A stretch of 64,000 bases of DNA from the NCBI GenBank assembly GCA_034188985.1, contig JAXHVT010000034.1, positions 19,292 to 83,291 on the forward strand, given 5' to 3'. A model generated the notes under the pieces. The model was not told where the DNA came from. It did no database searches and worked only from the letters and a program-made list of their open reading frames with translations. The position numbers and the translations under genes are program-made. This document shows positions 9,291-21,489 of the stretch, piece after piece (position 1 is the stretch's first letter; every line of letters starts with the position of its first letter). The stretch is from Actinomycetota bacterium. Its GTDB lineage: Bacteria; Actinomycetota; Geothermincolia; Geothermincolales; RBG-13-55-18.

Positions 9291-10748
9291 TCAGCCTTGT
9301 TCCTCCAGATAGCTCCGCAACATCTCGTTGACCAGCTGAGGATTGGCCCTTCCCTTCGTCTTGCGCATCACCTGGCCGACCAGAAAGCCAAGGGCTTTCT
9401 TCTTGCCGCCGCGATAATCCTCAATGCTGTTCGGGTTCTCGCTGACCGCTTCCACGATTATCTCCTCAAGCTTGTCTTCGTCGCTTATCTGGGTTATTCC
9501 TTTCCTGTCAACTATAACATCGGGGTCATCGCCCGTATTGAGCATCTCCTCGAAAACCGTTTTGGCGATCTTGCCGCTTATCACCCCTTTTTCCACCATG
9601 GCGATCATCATGGCCAACTGAACAGGCGTAATCCTCACGTTTTCTATCTCGATATTATGAGCGTTCAGGAAGGCGGATAGTTCTCCCATCATCCAGTTGC
9701 TTACCGCCTTGGGATCCACCCCCTCCCCCACAGCCGCATCGTAGAAATTTCCCATAGCCTTGGATGACGTCAGCAGTACTGCGTCATGCTCCGGTAGCCC
9801 GTATTCCTCGCAAAAGCGTTTTCTCCTGTCGGCCGGCATCTCGAAGAGACCGGCCGACACATTCTCGATGAAGCTCTCGTCCAGTTCCAGCGGCACCAGG
9901 TCCGGCTCCGGGAAATAACGGTAATCGTAGGCGTACTCCTTGGTGCGCAGGGTGGTAGTGACGTTAGCGTCGGCGTCCCAGTGCCTGGTCTCCTGCACCA
10001 CCTCACCCCCCGATTCGAGCAGCTCTTCCTGTCTCCTTATCTCGTAATCCAGGGCACGGTAGAGGGCGCGGAAGGAGTTCATGTTCTTCACCTCCGCCTT
10101 TACCCCCATCTCTTCGGAGCCGCACGGCCGCAGGGAGACGTTGGCGTCGCAGCGAAGGCTGCCCTCCTCCATCTTGCAGTCCGATACCTCCAGGTGCTCC
10201 ATGATGCTCTTCAGCTCCTGCACGAAGACCCTGGCCTGCTCCGGGCTCCTCAGCTCCGGTTCGGTAACGATCTCCAGCAGGGGCACGCCGGCGCGGTTGA
10301 AATCCTCGAGGCTGTATACGGCGCCGTGAATTCTCCCGCTCTCGCTGATATGGATGGATTTCCCGGTATCCTCCTCCAGGTGAGCACGGGTGATGCCGAC
10401 GCGTACCTTCTCACCCTCCACCTCTATGTCAAGGTATCCTCCAACGCCCAGGGGCAGGTCGTACTGGGATATCTGGTAGTTCTTAGGCATGTCGGGGTAG
10501 AAGTAATTCTTGCGATGGAAAATGGAATGCGGGGATATGCCGCAATTCAGGGCAAGGGCTAATCGCATGGCCAGCTCCACGGCCTTGCGGTTGAGCACCG
10601 GCAGCACCCCGGGGTGGCCCAGGCAGACAGGGCATGTCTTGGTGTTGGGATCTCCCCCGAAAGAGGCGTCGCAGGAGCAGAACATCTTGGAGTCGGTCTT
10701 GAGCTCCGCGTGTATCTCCAGACCGATAACCGCTTCGTAGTCGCTCAT
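9291..10748 (-). CDS. gatB: Asp-tRNA(Asn)/Glu-tRNA(Gln) amidotransferase subunit B.
   Basis: [26 protein letters not shown]...[15 protein letters not shown]... and the C-terminal GatB/YqeY domain ([19 protein letters not shown]). Confidence 0.9.
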   Translation of the reverse strand: MSDYEAVIGLEIHAELKTDSKMFCSCDASFGGDPNTKTCPVCLGHPGVLPVLNRKAVELAMRLALALNCGISPHSIFHRKNYFYPDMPKNYQISQYDLPLGVGGYLDIEVEGEKVRVGITRAHLEEDTGKSIHISESGRIHGAVYSLEDFNRAGVPLLEIVTEPELRSPEQARVFVQELKSIMEHLEVSDCKMEEGSLRCDANVSLRPCGSEEMGVKAEVKNMNSFRALYRALDYEIRRQEELLESGGEVVQETRHWDADANVTTTLRTKEYAYDYRYFPEPDLVPLELDESFIENVSAGLFEMPADRRKRFCEEYGLPEHDAVLLTSSKAMGNFYDAAVGEGVDPKAVSNWMMGELSAFLNAHNIEIENVRITPVQLAMMIAMVEKGVISGKIAKTVFEEMLNTGDDPDVIVDRKGITQISDEDKLEEIIVEAVSENPNSIEDYRGGKKKALGFLVGQVMRKTKGRANPQLVNEMLRSYLEEQG

Positions 10749-12220
10749 GACTCCACCCCCCTGTCCGGGTCTGGTTGCTCGTCGAATCCCAGTGCCTCCT
10801 CCATGACCCGCGCCACCCGCAGCAGCGTGGGCTCATCCAGTACCCTTCCCATGATCTGCAATCCCACCGGAAGGCCGCCATCCAGCCCACAAGGTATGCT
10901 TATGGCCGGTATGCCCGCCAGGTTCACGGGAATAGTGCAGACATCCGACATGTACATGGCCAGGGGATCCTCGACCTTCTCGCCCAACTTGAAGGCCGGT
11001 GTGGGTGAAGTGGGGCTCACCAGTACGTCGAATTTCTCGAACGCGGAGTTGAAATCCCCCAGTATCAGGGTGCGTATCTTCTGCGCCTGGCTGTAGTAGG
11101 CCTCGTAGTAACCCGCAGAGAGGGCATAGGTGCCCAACATGATACGGCGCTTGACCTCGGGCCCGAATCCGGCGGCCCTGGTGGCGCCGTACAACTCCAT
11201 CATATCCCCAGCCCCCTCGACCCTGAAGCCATAGCGAACTCCGTCGTACCTGGCCAGGTTGGAGCTTGCCTCCGCCGGCGCTATGATGTAATAGGCGCTC
11301 AGGGCATAGTCGACATGGGGAAGGGTCGCCTCCTCCACCTCCGCTCCCAGTTCCTGAAACAGACGCAGGGAACGCCGTACGGCCTCCTCCACGCCCGGAG
11401 TCAGGCCTTCCCGCATTAACTCATGTGGCACCCCCACCTTCAAACCGGAGATTTCTCCCTCAAGTGCGGCCTGGTAATCTGGCACATCCACCTCGAGAGA
11501 CGTGGAGTCCATGGGATCATAGCCGGCGATAAGCGAGAGAAGCCCTGCACAGTCGCGCACGTCCCTGGTAATGGGTCCCACCTGGTCCAGGGATGACGCG
11601 AAGGCCACGAGCCCGTAGCGGGATACCAGGCCGTAGGTGGGCTTGAGGCCCACCAGACCGCACAGAGATGCAGGCTGCCTTATGGAACCCCCGGTATCCG
11701 ACCCCAGCGCCCATACCGCCTCACCCGCCGCAACCGCCGCAGCCGGGCCGCCGCTGGAACCTCCGGGAACGCGGTCCAGGTCCCAGGGATTGCGGGTGGG
11801 GCCGAAAAAGGAATTCTCGTTGGAGGACCCCATGGCGAATTCATCCATGTTGGCCTTGCCCACCATAGTCAAACCCCCGCGTCGCAGCCGTTCGACCACC
11901 GTTGCATCGTAGACGGGAACGAAATTCTCCAGCATACGGGATCCACAGGTGGTACGTATTCCCCGCGTGCAGAGAACATCCTTCACCGCCATGGGCAGCC
12001 CGGCCGTCTCCAGCGGCGTCTCCCCCTTCTCGAGCCGCTCGTCGGCATGCTCGGCGGCCCTCCGTGCATCCTCCGCGGTGAGGGTAATAAAGGAATTGAC
12101 CCTCTTCTCGACCGCCTCCACGCGATCCAGCACCGAGCGAAGCGTTTCCACGGCCGATACCTCCCTCCGCCGCAGCAACTCCCGCAATTCCCAGGCTTTC
12201 AAGCTGTAAAGCGCCCGCAA
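10745..12220 (-). CDS. gatA: Glutamyl-tRNA(Gln) amidotransferase subunit A (amidase signature family).
   Basis: The amidase signature [15 protein letters not shown]...[13 protein letters not shown] is present. The true start is probably a TTG at 12220 preceded by AAGGAGGG. The longer ATG-initiated ORF to 12340 overlaps the upstream gene. Confidence 0.85.
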   Translation of the reverse strand: MRALYSLKAWELRELLRRREVSAVETLRSVLDRVEAVEKRVNSFITLTAEDARRAAEHADERLEKGETPLETAGLPMAVKDVLCTRGIRTTCGSRMLENFVPVYDATVVERLRRGGLTMVGKANMDEFAMGSSNENSFFGPTRNPWDLDRVPGGSSGGPAAAVAAGEAVWALGSDTGGSIRQPASLCGLVGLKPTYGLVSRYGLVAFASSLDQVGPITRDVRDCAGLLSLIAGYDPMDSTSLEVDVPDYQAALEGEISGLKVGVPHELMREGLTPGVEEAVRRSLRLFQELGAEVEEATLPHVDYALSAYYIIAPAEASSNLARYDGVRYGFRVEGAGDMMELYGATRAAGFGPEVKRRIMLGTYALSAGYYEAYYSQAQKIRTLILGDFNSAFEKFDVLVSPTSPTPAFKLGEKVEDPLAMYMSDVCTIPVNLAGIPAISIPCGLDGGLPVGLQIMGRVLDEPTLLRVARVMEEALGFDEQPDPDRGVES

Positions 12221-12231
12221 TTTACCCTCCT

Positions 12232-12909
12232 TTACATCTCTCCAGTCGCCTCGTCGGCGGTTTCCCGCAAGGCCATCACGATAATAAAAGCTCCCAGGAT
12301 AATACCGATCCCCCCTATGGGGATATCTACCTTCAGCCACGACCTTATCTGCGCCTCCATCATCATGAAGAATATCATCAGAACCAGGGCCAGGATAAAG
12401 AGCATAACCTGCTTCATCTCACGCGTCTTACCCGCTTTGCGCAGGTCCAAGTACACCATCACGAAATAATAGATGGTGAGGAGGGCATAGAAGGCGAAGA
12501 TGGAGATATGTATAACGGCAAAAGCGTTATTGAAATTCATCACGTAGGAGTTCCCCTGCTTCTTCAGTAGACCGCTGTTGATCACCACCAGCAGGGCGAT
12601 ATCGAACTGCAGGGGCAGAGAACAGAAGAGAATGGTGTAATCTGTTTTCAAGCTGAAGGAGCGCGCGAAGAGGAAAAGCAAAAAGACGGTTATGCTGAGC
12701 AGTGCTCGGTAGGCGATGAAAAAAGAGGTGCTGATTGAGGGATCGACGGTCCAGTATGACACGGCCCCACAAAGGGCCGACATGGACCCCGCGATCAGCC
12801 AGTAGAGGAACCACCGCGAGGACTCGCCGCCGGTCGCGACATAGTACCTGAACCATAGGGCTATGCCCAGCAGGACGGCGGCGACAATCGGTAAAAGAAT
12901 AGGATTCAA
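12232..12909 (-). CDS. Polytopic (~7TM) membrane protein inserted between gatC and gatA, resembling the N-terminal 7TM module of sensor kinases.
   Basis: Seven hydrophobic segments with no soluble domain. The local GC is visibly lower than the neighbouring genes. A gene at this position breaks the otherwise canonical gatCAB arrangement. Confidence 0.5.
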   Translation of the reverse strand: MNPILLPIVAAVLLGIALWFRYYVATGGESSRWFLYWLIAGSMSALCGAVSYWTVDPSISTSFFIAYRALLSITVFLLFLFARSFSLKTDYTILFCSLPLQFDIALLVVINSGLLKKQGNSYVMNFNNAFAVIHISIFAFYALLTIYYFVMVYLDLRKAGKTREMKQVMLFILALVLMIFFMMMEAQIRSWLKVDIPIGGIGIILGAFIIVMALRETADEATGEM

Positions 12910-12925
12910 TCTCGCTCCTCGAGAC

Positions 12926-13207
12926 TCAGAGTATACGCGGCACCCTGAAGTAGCCTTTCTCTCTCCATGACGCGTTGGAGAGAGCTTCCTCCTGGGATAT
13001 GCAGGGAAGCGTGCGATCCTCGCGCATGACGTTGCTCATGGGCACGACGTGGGAGGTCGGCTCCACTTCATCCGTATGCAGCGATTTTATCTTCTGCGCG
13101 TGCTCGAGGACCTGCCCCAGCTGTCGCGTGAACATCCGCTTTTCCTCGTCGCTGAGCTCCAGGCGGGCCAGCCATGCCACGTACTCGACGTCCTCCACGC
13201 CTATCAT
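12926..13207 (-). CDS. gatC: Asp/Glu-tRNA amidotransferase subunit C.
   Basis: VEYVAWLARLELSDEE...QLGQVLEHAQKI...VEPTSHVVPM..NVMREDR is a typical GatC. Confidence 0.85.
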   Translation of the reverse strand: MIGVEDVEYVAWLARLELSDEEKRMFTRQLGQVLEHAQKIKSLHTDEVEPTSHVVPMSNVMREDRTLPCISQEEALSNASWREKGYFRVPRIL

Positions 13208-13231
13208 CTCTCTACCTCTCTCCTTTCGTTT

Positions 13232-15250
<2,019 letters not shown>

Positions 15251-15372
15251 TTAATAGGGGCCCGTAACGACCTTCCACTGTAATATATCAGACTGCATGA
15301 ACCCGCGTAAGGAAACAGGCGGTCCCTTCCGGTCAGCTCGCATCGCTTCAGCCAGACCCGAACCTCATCCCG

Positions 15373-16101
15373 TTAATCCGGCTCCGACAACTCGATCTCA
15401 CCCTTTAAGCCCAGGTGTTCGCCCATGATGACCAGGCAACCCGCCACCCCTTCTATCCCATACGTCCAGGACAGGGCATCCTCTATATGCGCCGGATCCT
15501 TCGCGCGGTTGCCCATGGCGGTGGCGGCGGCGTCGGCTAGTGCGACGTCGGAGGCCAGTACCAATGCCGTATCGGCCTTACCGACGCTCAGGGAAGGCCC
15601 CACCGTGGCGGAAGAGGTGCAAACTCCCATCCCCCCGGGAACTGGCTTAAGCCTCAGGGTGATGCGACCGCTCAAGGGGGATTCGCCCGCGAAAATACCC
15701 ACCTTTCTCTCGCTCCGGGAGCACAGGAATATATCCCCCCCGTTCTCCACGATCACCTCGCGGGATTGCTCCGAAAGGTCCCTTCCCACCATCTCGGCCA
15801 GGGCCCCGGCCACCGCCGCCATGGGGCCGACGCCCACACGTTCCGCGGCCCGGGCCATAATCCTCACCACCCGCGGGGAATCCGACGGCACCTCGTAGGG
15901 GCGCAGGGATTCCCCGAACAAGGGCTGCAGGTTTATGAATTCTTCGAGCTCCCGCCGGTGCCAATACAGGGAATCGCGGGCACGTTCCTTCAGCTCGCGC
16001 TCCGCCCATACGAAGAGATCGCTTTCCCCTATCACGACCCGGAAGGGCACCAGGCCCTCGGCCTGCATGCTTCGTCGGTAAAAACGATGAAGATAGTCCA
16101 C
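15373..16101 (-). CDS. UPF0280 family protein.
   Basis: ~240 aa. FRVVIGESDLFV...GPMAAVAGALAE...ENGGDIFL...PGGMGVCTSSATVGPS resembles the archaeal/anaerobe UPF0280 family (MJ1526-like). Confidence 0.5.
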   Translation of the reverse strand: MDYLHRFYRRSMQAEGLVPFRVVIGESDLFVWAERELKERARDSLYWHRRELEEFINLQPLFGESLRPYEVPSDSPRVVRIMARAAERVGVGPMAAVAGALAEMVGRDLSEQSREVIVENGGDIFLCSRSERKVGIFAGESPLSGRITLRLKPVPGGMGVCTSSATVGPSLSVGKADTALVLASDVALADAAATAMGNRAKDPAHIEDALSWTYGIEGVAGCLVIMGEHLGLKGEIELSEPD

Positions 16102-16218
16102 GTTATCGGCCCCCTGCTAGTCCCGCATGCCATCCACGGACATCATCGAAGGCATCGGCCCGCATCCCGCAAGCGCCGCGATCTCCACGGTGGGCTAAAA
16201 GCCGTGCGTGCTTTGTCT

Positions 16219-16695
16219 CTATACGCCGATGCTTGGCAATATCATCCAGCAGCAGAAGGCGATATAGATGAAGGCTCCTCCCAGGAAAAACGCGGCCTGG
16301 GAAACGAGAAGAGAGGAGCTCATACGAAGCGAGGTCTCCTCGAGGAACTCGCCGACGGATTCCTCCGGCAGCGTGTCCTCCGGCGATTCGGAGGGCGGCT
16401 CGTCCGACCCCGCTTCAGCCTTCTTCACCCCGGCCAGCGGCTCGGCCAGGGAGAAGCCTATCAGGTTGATCACCCCTGCCGTCAGGGATATAGCCCATGC
16501 GATCCAGGACGCGAAGAGAAGGAATCGCGTCCACTCCCTACCGGGGTAGTTATAGCCGAATAGAGCCGACACCATGATAAGTATGGACAGGGGCAAGACC
16601 ACCGCCACCAGGGCCACGAGCCAGCGTGTCACATCGTACATCCTGTCTTCTTTCAATCCCCTACTCCCTTCATCTCGAGCGCGGAAGGCCTTCAT
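16219..16695 (-). CDS. Hypothetical membrane protein with an acidic C-terminal tail.
   Basis: The likely start is MYDVTRW (16641). Two or three TM helices are followed by a Glu/Ser/Pro-rich tail. It is the last gene of the Mrp-like operon. Confidence 0.4.
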   Translation of the reverse strand: MKAFRARDEGSRGLKEDRMYDVTRWLVALVAVVLPLSILIMVSALFGYNYPGREWTRFLLFASWIAWAISLTAGVINLIGFSLAEPLAGVKKAEAGSDEPPSESPEDTLPEESVGEFLEETSLRMSSSLLVSQAAFFLGGAFIYIAFCCWMILPSIGV

Positions 16696-16931
16696 CCTTC
16701 ACGGCTTTCCCTTTCCTGTTCACCGGCCTTTCTCCTGGTGACTATGACTACAGTAATCACCAGACCCATGATGGCCAGCCATATTATAGCGATGATGATT
16801 ACCAGACGTAGGGAACCGCCTCCCTCGTCCTCAGCCACGTCGCCCTCTTCCCGCGCCAGGGCCGGATAAAGACTCCCTGAAACCATGATAAAAGCAACGG
16901 TCAACGCCAGCAATAGCGACGCCTTTTTCAT
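16692..16931 (-). CDS. Small secreted or membrane protein (signal peptide plus one TM).
   Basis: MKKASLLLALTVAFIMVSGSLYPALA signal peptide, an acidic stretch, then a TM helix IIIAIIWLAIMGLVITVVIV and a basic tail. Confidence 0.4.
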   Translation of the reverse strand: MKKASLLLALTVAFIMVSGSLYPALAREEGDVAEDEGGGSLRLVIIIAIIWLAIMGLVITVVIVTRRKAGEQERESREG

Positions 16932-16996
16932 CTCACACCCCCTGTTTCGCGATTCCCAACCATCTCGTACTCTTAACCCCGACGGACCGGCGCCGG

Positions 16997-17428
16997 TTAC
17001 ACCAGGCTCATTATCAACAGGGCCACCAGGGCGATGGCTATGGCCAGCGCGCCCAGCGCCAGGTCACGGTTCAGGCGCCTGGCGGCCTCCGGCAGCCTCT
17101 TTCGGCTTTCCCTACGCAGTCTTCTCCCCTCTTTCTTAAAGGTCATGCGGGCCCGCTTCTTGGCCTTGGCATAGCTCCACCCGCCGCCCAGGAGAAATGA
17201 CTCGAACCTACGAGCGGCCCTCGTATACCAGTACTCTATACGCGTCTCCTTGGGCAGGCTGAAAGAGTAGGGATCGAATTTGAAGAATTTCAGCTCGAAC
17301 AAGTCGGAGGCGGCGGCGTAGAAGATCACCCCTACACCCACCATCGCGGCCACCACGGCCGCGAAGACGTCCCTGGCCACGCCGGAATCCGCCATGACCC
17401 TGACCGCCGCCATATATATCTCCATCAT
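16997..17428 (-). CDS. Hypothetical 2-TM membrane protein with a basic loop.
   Basis: Hydrophobic N- and C-terminal helices flank an Arg/Lys-rich segment. It lies directly downstream of the MrpA-like gene. Confidence 0.35.
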   Translation of the reverse strand: MMEIYMAAVRVMADSGVARDVFAAVVAAMVGVGVIFYAAASDLFELKFFKFDPYSFSLPKETRIEYWYTRAARRFESFLLGGGWSYAKAKKRARMTFKKEGRRLRRESRKRLPEAARRLNRDLALGALAIAIALVALLIMSLV

Positions 17429-17485
17429 CTTCTCGCTCCCGCCATTATCTATGATCTATGTTAACATCCGCGCCTGCCATATCCC

Positions 17486-19654
17486 TCATAGCAGCCTCAT
17501 GATAAGAAAGATGGTCAACGACACGGCTATGACCAGGGCTCCCACCGCTATATCCCCCTGGTATTCCCTCACGGCTGGGAGCATCCTGACCCTGGCGTCC
17601 CCGTAGACTTTGATGGTGGTATCCTTGACATAGTTGAACGGTATCTCAGTAAGAGCCGGGTATATGATATCCCGTACCAGGTGTACCACCCCACCCGCCC
17701 CGTTCTTGAGTAGCTTCAGCACCCATTCCTTCACGGGCGCGTATATCCTCTTGGCGACGAAGAGGAAGGCCAGCGAGCCCCTGGCCGTCCTCACGTACCA
17801 GTAATCCACACCCAGCCAGCGGGGCAGGCGAAACGCGAAGATATTCGGCCCCCTGCGGTGCGCCCGGAACAGGTCCGGCCAGGCCCCCAGCACGAAGACG
17901 CCGATGCCTATTACCAGCGGTACCAGCACTTCCTTGAGGTTATGCCAGATAAAGATGGAGGTATGAGCCAGGTGCTCCACACCATGGGGATCGAGACCCG
18001 GGACAGTCTCCGCCGCTGGCGCTATCAGCTTGCTCAACAGGAATCCCGGGAACAGGCCGTTAAACAGTACCCCCGCAGCCAGGAGTCCCGTCCCCGCCAG
18101 CATCCATTTCGGCGCCTCGCGTACGTGTTTCACGTGCTCCCTGTACTTGGGGCGGGGACGGCGGAAGAAAGTATAGTAAGTCATCTTGGTTATGTATGCT
18201 ATGGTTCCGCCGCTGGTGATGATAAAGACAATCTCCGCGGCTTTCACCCATCCCGCCGTGGCCAGGCCGGCGTGCAGGGCAAGCTCGTGAGACTCGACCA
18301 CGGCGTGATGGAGCAGGGTCTTGGATACGAAGCCGTTGAAAAAGGGGATTCCCATGATACCCAGGGCGGCTATACACCAGAATATGGTAGTCAGGGGCAT
18401 ACGTTTCCACAATCCCCCCAGTCTGAACATGTCCAGTTCGTGGGCAGAGAAGAGGATCGATCCCGCCGCCAGGAACAGTGCCCCCTTAAAGAAAGCGTGG
18501 TTGATGATGTGGTACAGACTTCCCCCTATGCCCATAGCGCCCTCCGCCCCCAGGTAGCCGAGGCAGCCTATCCCGAAGAGTATATATCCCATCTGGCTCA
18601 CGCTCGAATAGGCCAGGGTCCTCTTTATGTCGCTCTGCACCAGGGCCAGGATCATACCTATGAACATGGTGACCACGCCGATCCAGAGCATGGCGAAACC
18701 CAGCATCCGCACGTCTGCGGCCAGCCCGGATGCGGCATGAGACGCACCCTCGGCGGCGGAGGCTGCAGTGCCCGATCCTCCCACCAGCAACACGGCGTGC
18801 TCCTCCGCGTGGTGGGAGACGGGCTGTTGGAAGAAGGTCAGGATGGTTCTCAGGATACCGTATGCTCCGGCCTTGATCATCACCCCCGAGAGCAGGGCGC
18901 TGGCCGGGGAAGGGGCGGCAGGATGGGCGTCCGGAAGCCAGATGTGCAGGGGCACCATGCCGGCCTTGACCCCGAAACCGGCGATGAGACACACCAGGGT
19001 CAGAACCTTGAAGGAACCGGTGAGCCATGAACTCTCCATGAGGGGCTTGAAGGCCACCGTTCCAGCGTAGCCCAGGTAGAGAAAGATACCCCCCAGCAAG
19101 GCCAGCCCTCCGACGATGGTCATGCATATGTACTTGGTGGCCGCTGAGCGGGCCTTTACGGTCTCAGAGTGTATCACTAGCAGGTAGGCCAGCAACCCCA
19201 TGGCCTCGAAAAAGAAGTACAGGCTGAAGAAATCCTGGACCATGAATATGCCCAGGGTGGCCGACTCGGTAAGCAGCATGAATACGAAAAAGCGGGTGCG
19301 CTTCTGTTCGTGCTCCATGTATGAGAAGGCGTGCATGGAGGCAGCGAACCACAATATGGCCGCGAAGAAGGCGAAGAAGGCCCCGATGGCGTCGACCTGC
19401 AGGTTGCACACGTAGGCGTCTCCGATGCGCATCATGTCCAGGTTGAAATAAACGGAACCACTGGTGAACACACGGGCCAGGATAAGGATCACCAGCAGCA
19501 GCGTCGCCCCGCTGGCCAGGACCACGAGCCAGTTGCGCAGGCGGGCGCGGGCCTCACCCGCGATCCCGGCCAGTACCGCGCCCACGAGGGGCAGGGCCAA
19601 GGCCAGGACGGGCAGGATCGAGAAGGAGATTATGGCTACCTCTTCTCCGTGCAC
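17486..19654 (-). CDS. Mrp/complex-I antiporter-like subunit, MrpA/NuoL family (722 aa with a long C-terminal extension).
   Basis: Proton-pumping antiporter core motifs WLPDAHPAAPSPASALLSGVMIKAGAYGILR and the TM14-like C-terminus are present. A ~250-aa extension follows, as in MrpA/NuoL. Confidence 0.8.
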   Translation of the reverse strand: MHGEEVAIISFSILPVLALALPLVGAVLAGIAGEARARLRNWLVVLASGATLLLVILILARVFTSGSVYFNLDMMRIGDAYVCNLQVDAIGAFFAFFAAILWFAASMHAFSYMEHEQKRTRFFVFMLLTESATLGIFMVQDFFSLYFFFEAMGLLAYLLVIHSETVKARSAATKYICMTIVGGLALLGGIFLYLGYAGTVAFKPLMESSWLTGSFKVLTLVCLIAGFGVKAGMVPLHIWLPDAHPAAPSPASALLSGVMIKAGAYGILRTILTFFQQPVSHHAEEHAVLLVGGSGTAASAAEGASHAASGLAADVRMLGFAMLWIGVVTMFIGMILALVQSDIKRTLAYSSVSQMGYILFGIGCLGYLGAEGAMGIGGSLYHIINHAFFKGALFLAAGSILFSAHELDMFRLGGLWKRMPLTTIFWCIAALGIMGIPFFNGFVSKTLLHHAVVESHELALHAGLATAGWVKAAEIVFIITSGGTIAYITKMTYYTFFRRPRPKYREHVKHVREAPKWMLAGTGLLAAGVLFNGLFPGFLLSKLIAPAAETVPGLDPHGVEHLAHTSIFIWHNLKEVLVPLVIGIGVFVLGAWPDLFRAHRRGPNIFAFRLPRWLGVDYWYVRTARGSLAFLFVAKRIYAPVKEWVLKLLKNGAGGVVHLVRDIIYPALTEIPFNYVKDTTIKVYGDARVRMLPAVREYQGDIAVGALVIAVSLTIFLIMRLL

Positions 19655-19671
19655 CCTATTGTCTCACCTCG

Positions 19672-21471
19672 TCATGGGATATTGATGAAGGGCTGTTCCA
19701 GCTCCAGGTTCTCGGACGCTCCAAGCTTCACGCCCTTGATAACGGTTGAAGCCTCGCTGGATATGCCTCTGCCCAGAACCTCCTCTACGTCATAGGTCCC
19801 CGGCTCCAGGTTGGTGAACTCAAACCTCCCCTCGGCATCGGTGGTGGTTGTCTGTATCACCTCGCCGTCCTGTTTAAGCTGGATCTCCACACCCTCCCAG
19901 GCGGGTTCGTCGAAATCGACTGCCCCGTCGGCATCCGAATCTTCGTATTTATAGCCCGAGATGGAGCCCCCGTAGATATCCTCTATGACGGGGTTGACCA
20001 GAGAGTAGGGAAATCCCGGGGTTGCCACCCAGACGCCCACGATTATCACCAGGACCGCTAGTATAACCACCGGCACCAGCATGGTGCGGTTGATCTCCTT
20101 GCCGAAATGCAACTTGGGGCGGTGTCCCTCCTCCTCCTCTCCCTCCCATCGGAAGAAGGAGATATACACGATGGGCAGGAAGTAAGCCGCGTTGAGCAGA
20201 GCGCTGGCCAGGAGAACCACGATGTAGATGGGCAGCCCGGCCTCCAGGGAACCGCTCCCCAGCAGCCACTTGCTTATGAATCCTACTGAGGGCGGAGTGC
20301 CCATCATGGCCAGGGCGCATACGGTAAAACAGAGCATGGTCATGGGGATTTTGTACCCCACCCCCCGCATCTCGCTGATGTTCTTGATGCCCGTCTTTAC
20401 CAATACCACCCCGGCGCACAGGAAGAGGCAACCCTTCATAAGCGCATGATGGGTAAGATGCATCACCCCCCCCAGGCCGCCGTCGTAGCTTAACATGGCC
20501 AGCCCCAGGATGATGTAGGATACCTGCGCGATGCTGGAATAGGCCAGCCGTCGCTTGAGATTGTCCTGGGTAAGCGCGAATATCGAGGCTACGATGATGG
20601 TGATGCAGGCCATCACGGCTATCACGACATGCATGCCGAGGTCCCTGATCAGTTCCACGCCGAAGACGTAGAAAACCACGCGAATTATCCCGAAGGCGCC
20701 CGCCTTTAGAATAACGCCCGAGAGCAGGGCGCTGGCGGGCGAGGGCGCAGCGGGATGGGCGTCGGGCACCCATCCGTGCAGTGGCATGATGGCCGCTTTC
20801 ACCCCGAACCCCGCCAGGTAGGTGAGGAAAATGGCTATCAGCGCCGCCTTGCTAGCTTCGGCCAGAGCCCCTATTCCGTATTGGTTGAAGCCCAGGTCGC
20901 CGCCCCCCCAGAAATACTGGGCCACCAGTGCGAAGAACAGCACCGCGCCAGCGGCGATAGCGTAGACCAGATACTTATACCCGGCGCGGCGGGCCATGGT
21001 GGTCTCCTCGTGGATGATGAGGGGGTAGGAACCGAAAGTCATCAACTCGTAAAAGATGAAATAGGTGAACATGTTGCTGGAGAAAGCGCATCCGATGAGG
21101 AATGACTCGCACAGGGCCATGAACGCGAAGAAGCGGCTCTCCTTGTGATCGATATAGCCTATGGAATACAGCGTGACCAGCATCCAAAGAAAAGCGAGGA
21201 TGAGCCCGAAATAATATCCCAGGGTATCCACGCGGAGGCTCATTTCCAGTCCCTCCACCACGCTGGCCAGCTTGAAATAGTAGGTATTGCCGTCCAGTAT
21301 CCCGGGCAGCAGAGAGATAACCACGCCGAAGGTGGCCGCTGACCCCAGGAAACAAAGCCACTTGCGAACCTTGGGATGCTGCTTGTTCAGGGCCAGGATC
21401 ACCAGCAGCGATATCCAGGGCAAGATCACAGCCAGCAAAGGTATTACAGATTTGGTCGCTCCCTCAGGCAT
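19672..21471 (-). CDS. MrpD/NuoN-like antiporter subunit fused to a C-terminal SdrD-B/CnaB-type beta-sandwich domain.
   Basis: An N-terminal ~470-aa antiporter core (GWVPDAHPAAPSPASALLSGVILKAGAFGIIR) is followed by a final TM helix. The tail is YKYEDSDADGAVDFDEPAWEGVEIQLKQDGEVIQTTTTDAEGRFEFTNLEPGTYDVEEV, the hallmark G..W.D.N.DG...GE.G..GV.V.L.......TTTD..G.Y.F..L..G.Y motif of SdrD-B/CnaB domains. Confidence 0.75.
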   Translation of the reverse strand: MPEGATKSVIPLLAVILPWISLLVILALNKQHPKVRKWLCFLGSAATFGVVISLLPGILDGNTYYFKLASVVEGLEMSLRVDTLGYYFGLILAFLWMLVTLYSIGYIDHKESRFFAFMALCESFLIGCAFSSNMFTYFIFYELMTFGSYPLIIHEETTMARRAGYKYLVYAIAAGAVLFFALVAQYFWGGGDLGFNQYGIGALAEASKAALIAIFLTYLAGFGVKAAIMPLHGWVPDAHPAAPSPASALLSGVILKAGAFGIIRVVFYVFGVELIRDLGMHVVIAVMACITIIVASIFALTQDNLKRRLAYSSIAQVSYIILGLAMLSYDGGLGGVMHLTHHALMKGCLFLCAGVVLVKTGIKNISEMRGVGYKIPMTMLCFTVCALAMMGTPPSVGFISKWLLGSGSLEAGLPIYIVVLLASALLNAAYFLPIVYISFFRWEGEEEEGHRPKLHFGKEINRTMLVPVVILAVLVIIVGVWVATPGFPYSLVNPVIEDIYGGSISGYKYEDSDADGAVDFDEPAWEGVEIQLKQDGEVIQTTTTDAEGRFEFTNLEPGTYDVEEVLGRGISSEASTVIKGVKLGASENLELEQPFINIP

Positions 21472-21489
21472 CGACTACCCCCCTTTGTC

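Noticed and set aside
8541-9680. 379-aa plus-strand ORF spanning the zinc-ribbon gene and part of gatB.
   Set aside because: It is antisense to two well-supported genes. Its Ser/Pro-rich low-complexity translation is a mirror frame of the acidic repeat and the GatB coding sequence.
19949-20773. 274-aa minus-strand ORF, plus similar long ORFs at 15766..16563(+), 17858..19030(+), 39646..41535(+) and 49112..50800(+).
   Set aside because: Each is embedded antisense or out of frame within a confidently assigned gene (Mrp subunits, acsB, fhs, etc.). They have Arg/Gly/His/Pro-rich composition characteristic of non-coding frames in GC-rich DNA.
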